DNA from: a virus
Direction: 5' to 3' (one strand)
Virus record (IMG/VR): IMGVR_UViG_3300046780_000484
Span: 1-64,000 of that record
DNA: 64,000 bases
Under the pieces are notes generated by a model that ran no database searches, was not told the origin of the DNA, and saw nothing but the letters and a program-made list of their open reading frames with translations. This document shows, one piece after another, positions 28,841 through 37,672 of this stretch. The stretch's first letter is position 1, and every line of letters begins with the position of its first letter. The translations under genes and the position numbers were made by a program.

Positions 28841-31800
28841 TCAGGCGCCCTTGCCGGATGCCTGCAGGCCCGTCTTGTTATTGCGCCTGGCCTGTCGGAG
28901 CAGGGCGGCCTGGACCTGCTCGGTGATCTTCTTGATGTCCGCCGCGGACAGGTTCAGGCCCCCGGACCCGCCCCCGGACACGTTGATCGTCACGTGGTTA
29001 GTCGTGGCCCCCGCGGACCGCAGGTTCGGCGCGGTCATCCCGCCGTACTGGGCCATGGCCGCCTGCGCGCCGAGCGCGTTGGACGCCTTCCCCAGCTGCG
29101 CCCACAGCGAGTTGACCTGCCCCACCCCGCTGCCGGAGGTGCCGCCCCCGGTGAGGATCGACTGGGCCAGGGCGTCTCCCTGGACGGGCCCGGCGGCGAT
29201 CAGCTGCGCGATGAGGCTCTTGTTCAGGTGCTGCTTCCGCAGGGTGCCGATGTCCCCGGTGAAGCTCTTGACCGAGCCCAGGTAGGACTGCATCTGGTCG
29301 GCGACGGACCCCTGGGCCGGGTCCATCCCGCTCAGGTTCAGGCCCTGCTGGGCCGCCGAAGACACCGACCTGGCGTAGGCGAGCTCCTGGGTGATCTTGC
29401 CGACCAGGGCCTGCGCGATCTTCCCCGCCCCGGCCTGCTTCAGCGCCGAGGTGATCCCGTCGATGAGCGTCCACGCGAGGTGGCCCAGGTTCCCGGACAT
29501 CCTCGTCGGGTCGGGGAACCCGATCATGTGCGGGACGATGCCGCCCGCGGCGAAATGCGTGGAGTGGCTTTGCGGGGCGCCGAACCCGGGGACCCGGTGG
29601 GCGGCCAGGATCGGGGCGATGAGCGACACCAGGTTCCGGGGGACGACGACCTCGCCCGGCTCGAGCATGGCGGGGATGATGTCGCCGGAGCCGCTTCCGG
29701 GGACCAGGCCGCCGGTCTGCATGCCCGGGGCCCGGACCCCGACGGGGATGCCCCGGGTCACTCCCGCCATGCCGCCGATGGTGATCATCCGGGTGGTGAT
29801 CGTGACTTCCTTGCTGTGCAGCGCGGCGATCTCCGCGTTCAGCGCGGCCACCGCAGCCGCGCCCTGGACGTGTGCCGCCGCCTGGACGTTCTTGCTTTTC
29901 AGGGCGGCGATCTGGTTTTCCAGAGTCTTAAGCTGCCCCGCGCCCTGCACGTTGACCTTGGCGCTGACCTGCTTGCCCTTGAGCGCACCTAGCTGGGACT
30001 GCACTTGCGCGGTGTTCAGCTGGGCGTTGATCTTGGCGACCAGGCCGGACGGAACGTGGAGGTTCTTCAGGATGGCATCGACTGCCACGGTCATCTGGCC
30101 GGGTTTCACCCCGCCCATGGCCAGGCTGGACGTCAGGCCCTGCAGCCCGGCCGCGTTCACGCCGCCGCCCCTGGCGAGCGGGTGCGCGGCGAGGGCAAGG
30201 GCCTGCTGGGCCATCTGCGCAGTCAGCCCGGACTGAAGGGCACTCGGGCCGCCCATTCCCCCGGTGATCAGGTCTGCCGCGATAGCGGGGATGTTCGCGA
30301 CGGCCTTAGTGCCCTGGGTGAGAATGGCCTGCGCCTGTGCCGGAGTACCAGCAGACCCCGTGATCGCGCGGACGAGGTTCTTGTAACTCATCCCCACGCT
30401 GATCCCCGGGATGTTCGCCTGCATGGCCTGCTGCTCGAGCATCGCCTGGGCCATGGGGGAATGCGCTGTCAGCGGCAGCATCTGCTGCAGGTCGAACGCG
30501 CTCAGCCGGGTGCCCTGCTGCCCGGTGATCGCCCCGAGCGTCAGGTAGGTCCGCATCTGGTCCAGGTTCGCCTGCTGCGCCGCGACCATCCCCTGCGGCC
30601 CGGCGAATGTCGTCCATGCCGCAGCGCCCTGCGGGGTGAAGATGTTGGATAGCGCCTTCGCCATCGCCGGGTAGGCAGGGCCGGCAGGCATCCGGAGACC
30701 AGCCCGCGTGTGCGTCACCGGAGTGCCGCCCAGCATCCCGAACAGCGCCGCCTGGCCCGCCGGGCCGCCGGTCATGATCTGGGTCATCGCGTCCAGGCCC
30801 TGGTTGACCTGCGCCAGCGACTTCATCTGCGTGGTGGACATGATGTAGTCCGCCGCCCCGGCCATGAGCAGCCCGGATGCCGTGCCCGGCTGACCGCCGA
30901 TGGTCGCGGTGCGGTACGTCTGGGCGAACTGCCTGAGCTGCTGCTTCGCCGTCGCGTCGAGCTGGCCGCCCTTGATGTCCTTCGGCGAGATCATCGCCAT
31001 GCTCATTGCCTCGAAGGCCTGAGTCAGGGTCGTGCCCTTGATCCCGATACCTTGCAGGGCCTTGATGGCTGACGGCCCGGCCGTGACCAGATCGCCTAGC
31101 TGCTGGCCGAATGACCCGAGCGCGTTCTGGTAAACCTGCGCTGCCGTCGGCCCCATGCCCGCTCCCGGGCCGAACCGGGCATATGTGGAAGACGCCTGCA
31201 TCGCAGGGAAATAATTCGCGACATATCCCGCATATCCGGCAGTAGGTACCCCCGCTGCACCCTGGGCCGCCTGGTACATGGCTTTCGTGATCGGGTGCAA
31301 TGCCCCGGCGCCGAACGACTGGTCGATCCCCGCCTGGAGGCCGGCCATCTGCCGCATCGGCCCGGTGGGCATCGTCGAGGCAAGCTGGGTCATCGCGAAC
31401 GCCGACAGTGCCGCAGCCAGCCCTATCGGCCCGGCCCCGGCCCCCAGGACCCCGGCCAGCCCGGCACCTTCTATTCCCGCGCCGGCGTCGGCGACCGTGC
31501 CGAGCCCCAGCCTCTCCGCCAGCCCGGCCAGCCCCCCGAACTTCGCGCCGCCCAGCCAGCCGGGAAGCTTCCCGCCGCCCAGGACCGGCCCGCCCCACCG
31601 CCAGCCCGCCTCGGCCGCCAGTCCCGCCCCGAGGAGCGGCCCCGGGATGTGCCCGGTAGCGAAGGCCGCCGCTCCGGTGATCCCCTTCAGCCCGCCGATC
31701 AGCCCGGGGCCGATCCCGGGAAGGTTCGGCGCGAGATTGAGGAGGGTGTCCCCGATGTTCGCGCCGATGTCCCCGAACGTCCGCAGGAACCCGGTACCGC

Positions 31801-32950
31801 CCGCCATGGCGCCGGTGACCTGCTGCATGCGGTTGTGCAGGACCATGGCGGCGATGCCGCGGTCGACCATCGCGATCGTCTGCACGCCCATCCCGGTGAA
31901 CGCTCCGGAACCCTGGCCTACCAGGTCACGCAGGCCGCCGCCGATCCCGAAGACGCCACCCTGGGCTAGGTTCTGGGCGTTCTGGAGGTTACGGCTGAGT
32001 CCCAGCATGGTGCCGAACGTCTGGTTGCCGTACGCGCCGCCGAGGGCTTCCTGCGCGTTGTACATGGCGTTGCCGCGCAGGTAGAGATTCTGGCCTGCCT
32101 GGAGCCCGACAGCGCCTGCGGCCCCGGCCGCTACCGCTGCGGGGATGACCGTGGACAGGGTTTCCATGGTGAGCATGGTGATCATGTGGGCAGCCTGGAG
32201 GGTGGGCAGCGCCCCGCCGAAGATCTTGCTGGCGAGTCCGCCGGCGGCAGCGCCGGCAAGAGCGCCGCCCCCGCCACCCCCGCCGCCGCCGCCTCCTGCG
32301 GCTGCTGCGGCGAGCGCTGCGGCCCCCCATCCGCCTCCGCCGCCGCCTCCTGGCATACCGCCGCGAAGGCTTCCGCCATACAAATCCGCGAACGGGGTGA
32401 GATTTTCCGTGAGGTTATATCCGCTGCGACTTCCGCGCCCCACAGTCCCAGCAGCATCCCGGGTTGCCCTAACGAAGCGCGTCGTAGCCTCGGCAGCAGC
32501 ATCATGCGCGTCTGCGTTGTCCCGCAGGGTCTGCGTCTGCGCCCTCATCCCGTCAGCGGAGTCAGCGACGTTCCGGCTGATGACCCCCAGGTGCGTTTCC
32601 ATCCGCCCCATGGAGTCGGTCGCCATGTCCATGTACGTGGAGATGTCCTTGAGGTGCTGGACCATCTCCCCGTTGCCGCCGCCGACGTGGACGGTCTTGT
32701 CGCCGAGGCCGTCAAGGGCGGCCCTGAGCGCGGCAACCTTTCCCATCGCGGCGGAGGTGTCGACGTCGATCTTGATGTGCTTGTCCGGGAGGGCGGCCAT
32801 CGCGGTCCCGAGCCCGGCGATCTCGCGCTTGACCTTGGCGATGTCGGCGACTAGCCCCTCGTTCGCCTTGATCATCTTGGCGACGCCGGCTATGTAGCCT
32901 GAGGCGTCTGCGACGAAGGCCTGCTCGACTGATGGCAATCCGCCCGGCAC
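28841..32950 (-). CDS. Tape measure protein
   Basis: 1369 aa, A/G/Q-rich; F.ADAS.Y N-terminus; GGLVPGSGSGDIIPAMLEPGEVVVP motif. Confidence 0.9.
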   Translation of the reverse strand: MPGGLPSVEQAFVADASGYIAGVAKMIKANEGLVADIAKVKREIAGLGTAMAALPDKHIKIDVDTSAAMGKVAALRAALDGLGDKTVHVGGGNGEMVQHLKDISTYMDMATDSMGRMETHLGVISRNVADSADGMRAQTQTLRDNADAHDAAAEATTRFVRATRDAAGTVGRGSRSGYNLTENLTPFADLYGGSLRGGMPGGGGGGGWGAAALAAAAAGGGGGGGGGGGALAGAAAGGLASKIFGGALPTLQAAHMITMLTMETLSTVIPAAVAAGAAGAVGLQAGQNLYLRGNAMYNAQEALGGAYGNQTFGTMLGLSRNLQNAQNLAQGGVFGIGGGLRDLVGQGSGAFTGMGVQTIAMVDRGIAAMVLHNRMQQVTGAMAGGTGFLRTFGDIGANIGDTLLNLAPNLPGIGPGLIGGLKGITGAAAFATGHIPGPLLGAGLAAEAGWRWGGPVLGGGKLPGWLGGAKFGGLAGLAERLGLGTVADAGAGIEGAGLAGVLGAGAGPIGLAAALSAFAMTQLASTMPTGPMRQMAGLQAGIDQSFGAGALHPITKAMYQAAQGAAGVPTAGYAGYVANYFPAMQASSTYARFGPGAGMGPTAAQVYQNALGSFGQQLGDLVTAGPSAIKALQGIGIKGTTLTQAFEAMSMAMISPKDIKGGQLDATAKQQLRQFAQTYRTATIGGQPGTASGLLMAGAADYIMSTTQMKSLAQVNQGLDAMTQIMTGGPAGQAALFGMLGGTPVTHTRAGLRMPAGPAYPAMAKALSNIFTPQGAAAWTTFAGPQGMVAAQQANLDQMRTYLTLGAITGQQGTRLSAFDLQQMLPLTAHSPMAQAMLEQQAMQANIPGISVGMSYKNLVRAITGSAGTPAQAQAILTQGTKAVANIPAIAADLITGGMGGPSALQSGLTAQMAQQALALAAHPLARGGGVNAAGLQGLTSSLAMGGVKPGQMTVAVDAILKNLHVPSGLVAKINAQLNTAQVQSQLGALKGKQVSAKVNVQGAGQLKTLENQIAALKSKNVQAAAHVQGAAAVAALNAEIAALHSKEVTITTRMITIGGMAGVTRGIPVGVRAPGMQTGGLVPGSGSGDIIPAMLEPGEVVVPRNLVSLIAPILAAHRVPGFGAPQSHSTHFAAGGIVPHMIGFPDPTRMSGNLGHLAWTLIDGITSALKQAGAGKIAQALVGKITQELAYARSVSSAAQQGLNLSGMDPAQGSVADQMQSYLGSVKSFTGDIGTLRKQHLNKSLIAQLIAAGPVQGDALAQSILTGGGTSGSGVGQVNSLWAQLGKASNALGAQAAMAQYGGMTAPNLRSAGATTNHVTINVSGGGSGGLNLSAADIKKITEQVQAALLRQARRNNKTGLQASGKGA

Positions 32951-32967
32951 AGGTCACCCCCTCCGCA

Positions 32968-33453
32968 TCACGGGTCGTACGGGCGGAACGCCTCGATCGC
33001 GATCCGCTGCAGTTCCCCGTCATCGATCGCGTCCTCGGTGGTCGGCTCGAGGAACGGGTGCTTCTCCATGAGGACCGACCGGTGCCGCCAGATCCCCCCG
33101 GAGTCCTTCCAGCCCATGTGCCTGCCGGACGTGGGCCGCAGGAGGCAGGAGCCGAACTCGAAGACGTGCGCCCGCCTGTCCGTGGACCCCGCCGACGACG
33201 ACGACCGCAGCCCTTCCGTCGCCGGGGTCGAGTACATGCTGTCCGCCAGCGCCCCGGATCCGTACGAGGGGGGCTCGCCCGGCCGGGCCTTGTAGTAGGT
33301 GCCGGGCGGGTTGATCCGCCGGGTCAGGGTCTCGTTCGCCGTCCGGTCCGCGATGTACCGGGCCATCGCCCCGGCGGCTGCGGGAGCGCCCAGCCTAGCC
33401 TTCGCCAGGACGGCTTCCAGGTAGGCGACGTTCTGCTCGGGAGTGATCGCCAC
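32968..33453 (-). CDS. HK97 gp10-like neck/tail completion protein
   Basis: PGEPP....G.LADS, VFEFG, HPFLEP. Confidence 0.7.
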   Translation of the reverse strand: MAITPEQNVAYLEAVLAKARLGAPAAAGAMARYIADRTANETLTRRINPPGTYYKARPGEPPSYGSGALADSMYSTPATEGLRSSSSAGSTDRRAHVFEFGSCLLRPTSGRHMGWKDSGGIWRHRSVLMEKHPFLEPTTEDAIDDGELQRIAIEAFRPYDP

Positions 33454-33476
33454 GGAGCACCCCCCGGAGCGTCCTC

Positions 33477-33717
33477 AGATCGCCGCCGGCCGCCTGGAGG
33501 GGCATCACCCGCGCGCTGAGGCACGGCCGGCTCCAGCCAAGCCCTACACGGCGGTAGCGGCCCTTCCAGTCGCCGCCGGGCGCGCCGAAACCGAACCGTT
33601 CTGTCGGCTGACCCTCGCACCACCACCACACCGGCCGGCCGAGCGCCATCAGCTCAGCCGCCTCAGCCCACGTACCCCGCGCCACCCAGCCGCTCAGATG
33701 TGATCGAGAAACACGCC
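33477..33717 (-). pseudogene. Displaced 3' half of gene X (paralogue of 35948-36397); its first bases are the predicted TnpB guide
   Basis: GVFLD/(+5 nt)/LSGWVARGTWAE...RPVWWWCEGQPTERFGF...GDWKGRYRRVGLGW aligns with the C-terminal half of 35948-36397. Confidence 0.85.
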
Positions 33718-33860
33718 TTGACATCCTCCTTGCGTAATACAAGGATTCCCGGCGGCGCTCATGCGGCACCTGCCAGAGGTTCACGCAACCGCCTCCCGGC
33801 AAGCCGGGGACTCGGCGCTGTGCGCCTGCGCGTGCTGTTAAGGCCGGCTGCCCGCCGGGC
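33718..33860 (-). ncRNA. TnpB omegaRNA scaffold / IS200-IS605 right end
   Basis: Minus strand reads GGGAATCCTTGTATTACGCAAGGAGGATGTCAA: a subterminal hairpin and a TCAA terminus at 33718, directly after the tnpB stop. The 5' limit is approximate. Confidence 0.75.
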
Positions 33861-35042
33861 CTTCCGCTCAATATTCAGAGCGGCATTCTTGTCCGCGTGA
33901 TCGGTGTGGCCGCATGCGGTGCAGGCGAACTCCCGCCCGCAGCCGGGTCTACTTTTGGGATCCACTGTCCCGCATGCCGAGCACGTTTGAGACGTGAACG
34001 GCGCGGGAACCACCCGCAGTTCGCTCCCGAACAGGGGAGCCTTGTACTCCAACTGGCGGCGCCGTTCGTAAGGGATATTGTCCAGGATCGCCCGGTTGAG
34101 AGCCGCCTTCTGGCGGATGTTCTTACCGGGAGCGTCGGCAGTACCCTTCGCGCTTGCCGTCATCCTCATCACCCGCAAGTCCTCGATGCCGACGTAGCCG
34201 TGGTTTTTGGCGAGGTCGGTCGTGAGCTTGTGGGTGAAGTCGAGCCTGCGCCGCGCTTGCCGACCGCGCAGATCAGCGATAGCGGCGTACGTCTTGCGGA
34301 GACGACTGGAGTACCGGCCGCCGTTGTGCTTCTTTGCATAGGCGAGCTGCCGCCGCGCCCGGCGCTCCAATCCAAGCAGCCGTTTCTGCTCACCCGGCGT
34401 GAGAGTCGGAGGCATCAGCCGGGGCGCATCCTCGTCGGAGACGTAGGCTGCGCAGGTAGTGCCGAAGTCCACCCCGCAACCCGGCTTCTCGTTTGCCGGA
34501 GCGGCCTTGCGGCCCGTTGCGACACCGACGACGAGATGCCATATGCCCGCACCGTTCACCTTGACCGTTGCGTTCCGCAGTTCACCGCCGAGCGATCGGG
34601 ACCAGCGGAACCGCACCCATCCGATCTTCGGGAGCCGGATTTCGCTCCAGTGTCGGTTCAGCCGCCGTATCTTCAGATCCTGGCCGGTGAACGGGACGGC
34701 AAGGATCTTGCTGCGCTTCTTGCGCTCGGGGGCACCCGCCAGATGTCGCGGGTTCCACCAGTTGTCGTAGGCGCGGTCAAGATGCCTGAGGATCTGGTGT
34801 GCGCTCTGGGCTGGCATGTCGGTCAGCCAGGGCAGGTCGGCGCGGGCCTGGGTTAGGTAGGCACTCTGATCGAAGGCGCGCAAGGTGCGCCGTCGCTGTT
34901 CCCAGACGAACCGGCGCTGCTCCAGCGCGAGATTCCAGACAGTGCGGCACATGTGACCCCAGGCAGTCAAGCGTTCCGCTTGATCTGGTTCTGGGTACAG
35001 GCGATACTTCCGCGCAGAGTCTGCCTTGCGAGTCTCGCTCAC
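33759..35042 (-). CDS. tnpB: RNA-guided endonuclease TnpB
   Basis: YRLYP N-terminal HTH, RuvC-I GVDFG, RuvC-II IEDL, Zn finger CSACG/CTACG, RuvC-III ADKNAALNI; all three catalytic acids are present. Confidence 0.96.
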   Translation of the reverse strand: MSETRKADSARKYRLYPEPDQAERLTAWGHMCRTVWNLALEQRRFVWEQRRRTLRAFDQSAYLTQARADLPWLTDMPAQSAHQILRHLDRAYDNWWNPRHLAGAPERKKRSKILAVPFTGQDLKIRRLNRHWSEIRLPKIGWVRFRWSRSLGGELRNATVKVNGAGIWHLVVGVATGRKAAPANEKPGCGVDFGTTCAAYVSDEDAPRLMPPTLTPGEQKRLLGLERRARRQLAYAKKHNGGRYSSRLRKTYAAIADLRGRQARRRLDFTHKLTTDLAKNHGYVGIEDLRVMRMTASAKGTADAPGKNIRQKAALNRAILDNIPYERRRQLEYKAPLFGSELRVVPAPFTSQTCSACGTVDPKSRPGCGREFACTACGHTDHADKNAALNIERKARRAAGLNSTRRRTAPSPRLAGRRLREPLAGAA

Positions 35043-35776
35043 GACGTCTCATCGAGCCGGTCGAATAGGCTTCTTTGCGCGCTCATGACTCCGACCAGCA
35101 GGTAGGAGTGGGCCCGGTGTGCTCGCTGCTGGCGTTTGGTTGGCTGCGGCATCCGAGAGGTGTTGACCAAGACGAACATGTCGGCCAGGTCCACGCCCGC
35201 CGCCGCCATGATCCGGATGACGTCAAGATGCACGAGGTGCAGCCGGTGGTTGTAGGTCATGTCCTGGCACTTGACCATCAGCCGCCCGGTGCCGGGAGCC
35301 AAGACGCGAGCGCACTCGCGAACACCGTCCCGGTACAGGTCCAGTACGTCGTTCATAGTCTGACGCCCGGTGGTGTTCAGCGCGTAACTGCGGCCAACCC
35401 CGAAGTTGCGCTCAGGCTTGCCGTGTACCGGCTGGTAGGGCGGGTCGAACACCGCTACGTCAACGCTGCCATCGGCGTATGGCAGGTTCCGGCAGTCGGC
35501 CACGAGGTCAGCCTTCGCGGTCGGCCGGATATCGCTGCACGTCACCTCAAGCTTGGGGGCGGATCTCCAGAACACGCCCTCGCCGCAAGTCACATCGACC
35601 ACCCGGTCATCCGAGGTGATCCACAGTTGGGCGACTTGCTCAATCAGCCGGTCATTGGTGCCGACAACCGCCGACGTGACCACATCGGGCGTTACTCCGG
35701 GGCAGATGACTGGCGCTCCATAGGCAACCGGATCTGTCGGAGTATATCGCCCGCGTAGCCCGCTACCAGGTGTCAT
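35039..35776 (-). CDS. SAM-dependent DNA amino-methyltransferase
   Basis: VVDVTCGEG motif I and FDPPY motif IV; GTGA-coupled to tnpB. Confidence 0.85.
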   Translation of the reverse strand: MTPGSGLRGRYTPTDPVAYGAPVICPGVTPDVVTSAVVGTNDRLIEQVAQLWITSDDRVVDVTCGEGVFWRSAPKLEVTCSDIRPTAKADLVADCRNLPYADGSVDVAVFDPPYQPVHGKPERNFGVGRSYALNTTGRQTMNDVLDLYRDGVRECARVLAPGTGRLMVKCQDMTYNHRLHLVHLDVIRIMAAAGVDLADMFVLVNTSRMPQPTKRQQRAHRAHSYLLVGVMSAQRSLFDRLDETS

Positions 35777-35798
35777 GTACGCAGTGTACCATATTGGG

Positions 35799-35993
35799 AT
35801 GGAGCCGAAGCGAATGGGCACACGCGAGTTGCGGGACAATCTCAGCGTCCGTATCGACGCCGCCTACGTCCGCCATGAACCGACGATCGTCACCAGGAAC
35901 GGGCGACCAAGAGCCGTACTCATCTCGTACGAGGAATGGCTCATGTCTCAAGCAAGGGGACGGGACCAGGAGGCCTGCACCGGCCCGCCATAG
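35799..35993 (+). CDS. Phd/YefM-family antitoxin-like regulator (no toxin partner)
   Basis: MGTRELRDNLS..ID......TIVTRNGRPRAVLISYEEW. Confidence 0.85.
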   Translation: MEPKRMGTRELRDNLSVRIDAAYVRHEPTIVTRNGRPRAVLISYEEWLMSQARGRDQEACTGPP

Positions 35994-36397
35994 CCGAGAC
36001 CGACACGACGATAGCGATATCCCCAGTCCCCGCGAATGCCGTCCGGACTGAATCCGAACCTGTCCGTCGGATCGCCGTCGCAGAACCACCAGACGGGCTT
36101 GTTGTCCGACAGTAGGCCGCAAACCTCCAAGTAGGTACCCCTAGCTACCCATCGGTTCACGTCTAGGAACACGCCGTAGGCTGCCTGCCGCCTCACCTCG
36201 GGCCACAGGGCCTGCCACTCCTTCGTGTTCCGGTAGAGATCCTCCGCGACCAGCACCCTCACCGGGCAGCCAGTCAGCGTGTGGAACGGGAACTCGCGGG
36301 CCGCCTCGAGGACGGGAGTGCCATACAAGGCCATCGGGGACATCAAATAAAGAACAGGCGGCGACGAGGAAATGACAGGCCGGAAATGCGGGAGCAT
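35948..36397 (-). CDS. Gene X: nucleoside 2-deoxyribosyltransferase-like (DUF1937/DUF4406-like) protein
   Basis: VLYLMSP...YG N-terminus and W..RGT..E......KPVW C-terminal motif of the NDT-like fold; AT-rich synonymous codons. Confidence 0.6.
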   Translation of the reverse strand: MLPHFRPVISSSPPVLYLMSPMALYGTPVLEAAREFPFHTLTGCPVRVLVAEDLYRNTKEWQALWPEVRRQAAYGVFLDVNRWVARGTYLEVCGLLSDNKPVWWFCDGDPTDRFGFSPDGIRGDWGYRYRRVGLGYGGPVQASWSRPLA

Positions 36398-36403
36398 GTA
36401 TAA

Positions 36404-37565
36404 TTAAAGGCGTAAGGAGCGTCGCGCTGCCATGCGCGTCAGGAGTTCGTCAATGGCCGGTCCCATGTATTTCTCGGCGACATTGCCGACCTCGTACTGG
36501 CTCACCGACTCGCGGAGTTTTACCTGGTCAACGTCCTGCCGCTGCTCGTACGACTGCTCCAGCGCCGCAACCATTCCTGAAATGGAAGGGCGAATCCACC
36601 AGCCCCTGTGGACGCCATTGAAAAACGGCTCGCCGTCCACCTGGATGCCGTCCGGGTTCAGTTCCTCCATGGACGAGCAGCGGGTCGTGATGACGGGCGT
36701 CCCGCACGCTTTTGCTTCAACGATGGGCAGCCCGAATCCTTCCGCGTACGTCGCCGCCAGCAGCACGTCGCACATCCCGTACCAGTCAGCGAGATCAGCC
36801 GGCTGGATCAGCCCCGCGTTGTACCGGTACTGGTCCACTACCCGAACCCGGTCCGTGATCCCCAGCGACTCCGCCAGGAACTCCAGGTCCTGCCCCCCGT
36901 CGCAGTGCACCGCCGTGTGCAGCCACAGCAGCGAATCCGGCCGCGACCGCAGGAACTTCGCGAACGCGAGCAGCATCTCCGCCGGCGCCTTCCTGATCGC
37001 GTCGTTGTTAGCCGCGTTCACGCCGATCACGAACGTCTCCGGGCCGAGCCCGGCCGCCTCCCGCAGCGCCGCCCGGTCCTCCGGGATGACCCACGTGTCG
37101 AACGGGATGCCGTGCGGCACGTAGAGGGCGTTGCCGAACCCGGCATCCCGGAACCGGTCCAGCCCGAACCGGGACATCGCTATCAGCGAGGCCCCGCCTG
37201 CTTCCACCACGTTCCTGTCCGCCACGGACATCGGACGGCAGTCCGCGGGCAGCCAGTGCGCCACCGGGAGTTCCTTGAGCACGCCCGGGTCCATCACCCA
37301 CACGTCGCCCAGGGTGATCACCAGATCGGGCTGGATGTGGCGGGAGTGCTGCTGGAGGGACGGGCTGCAGTACGACCCGCCGAAGCCGGGAAGGACCGGG
37401 ATGCCCTCCCACTGGGTGACGGATCCCGACAGGCCCCAGTACGTAGCGATGAACACCTCGTGGCCCAATCCGGCAAGGCGCTTTATCCAGATTGCGGTCT
37501 GTTGTCCGTAACCGCTTTAAACTGGCGGACCACGGAGCGCAGCTGCTCCACAAGATCCTCGCCAT
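36404..37565 (-). CDS. GT4-family glycosyltransferase, reading frame broken at a TTA codon (37518-37520)
   Basis: MARILWSSCAPWSAS in one frame, then GYGQQT...GHEV, VPHGI and EGFGLPIVEAKACGTPVI in the +1 frame. Confidence 0.85.
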
Positions 37566-37672
37566 TAAGCACCACCTCCCCTCGTCAGGGAGACGCGATG
37601 CCACGAAATACGGGTCACTCGCCGCCCCTCTCTAGTGCCACAGAAAATGGCGCATTGTGTTATTATGGATAA

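Noticed and set aside
33395-33871. 158-aa ORF as an intact gene
   Set aside because: It is a chimera of the tnpB end/right end, the gene X remnant and overlap with the next gene. The ATG inside GGAGGATG has no RBS spacing.
33759-35042. TnpB as a nuclease-dead TldR-type repressor or a complete IS605 element
   Set aside because: All three RuvC acidic residues are present, and no TnpA gene or recognisable left end adjoins tnpB.
36398-36415. TTA codons at the GT4 end, with gene X in the same frame after TAA (possible fusion by bypass)
   Set aside because: No matched landing codon was found after the stop, and gene X has its own ATG; insufficient support.
37514-37523. T TTA AAG as a classic -1 slippery heptamer in the GT4 gene
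   Set aside because: The -1 frame hits TAA within a few codons; the conserved continuation is in the +1 frame (a 7-nt skip).
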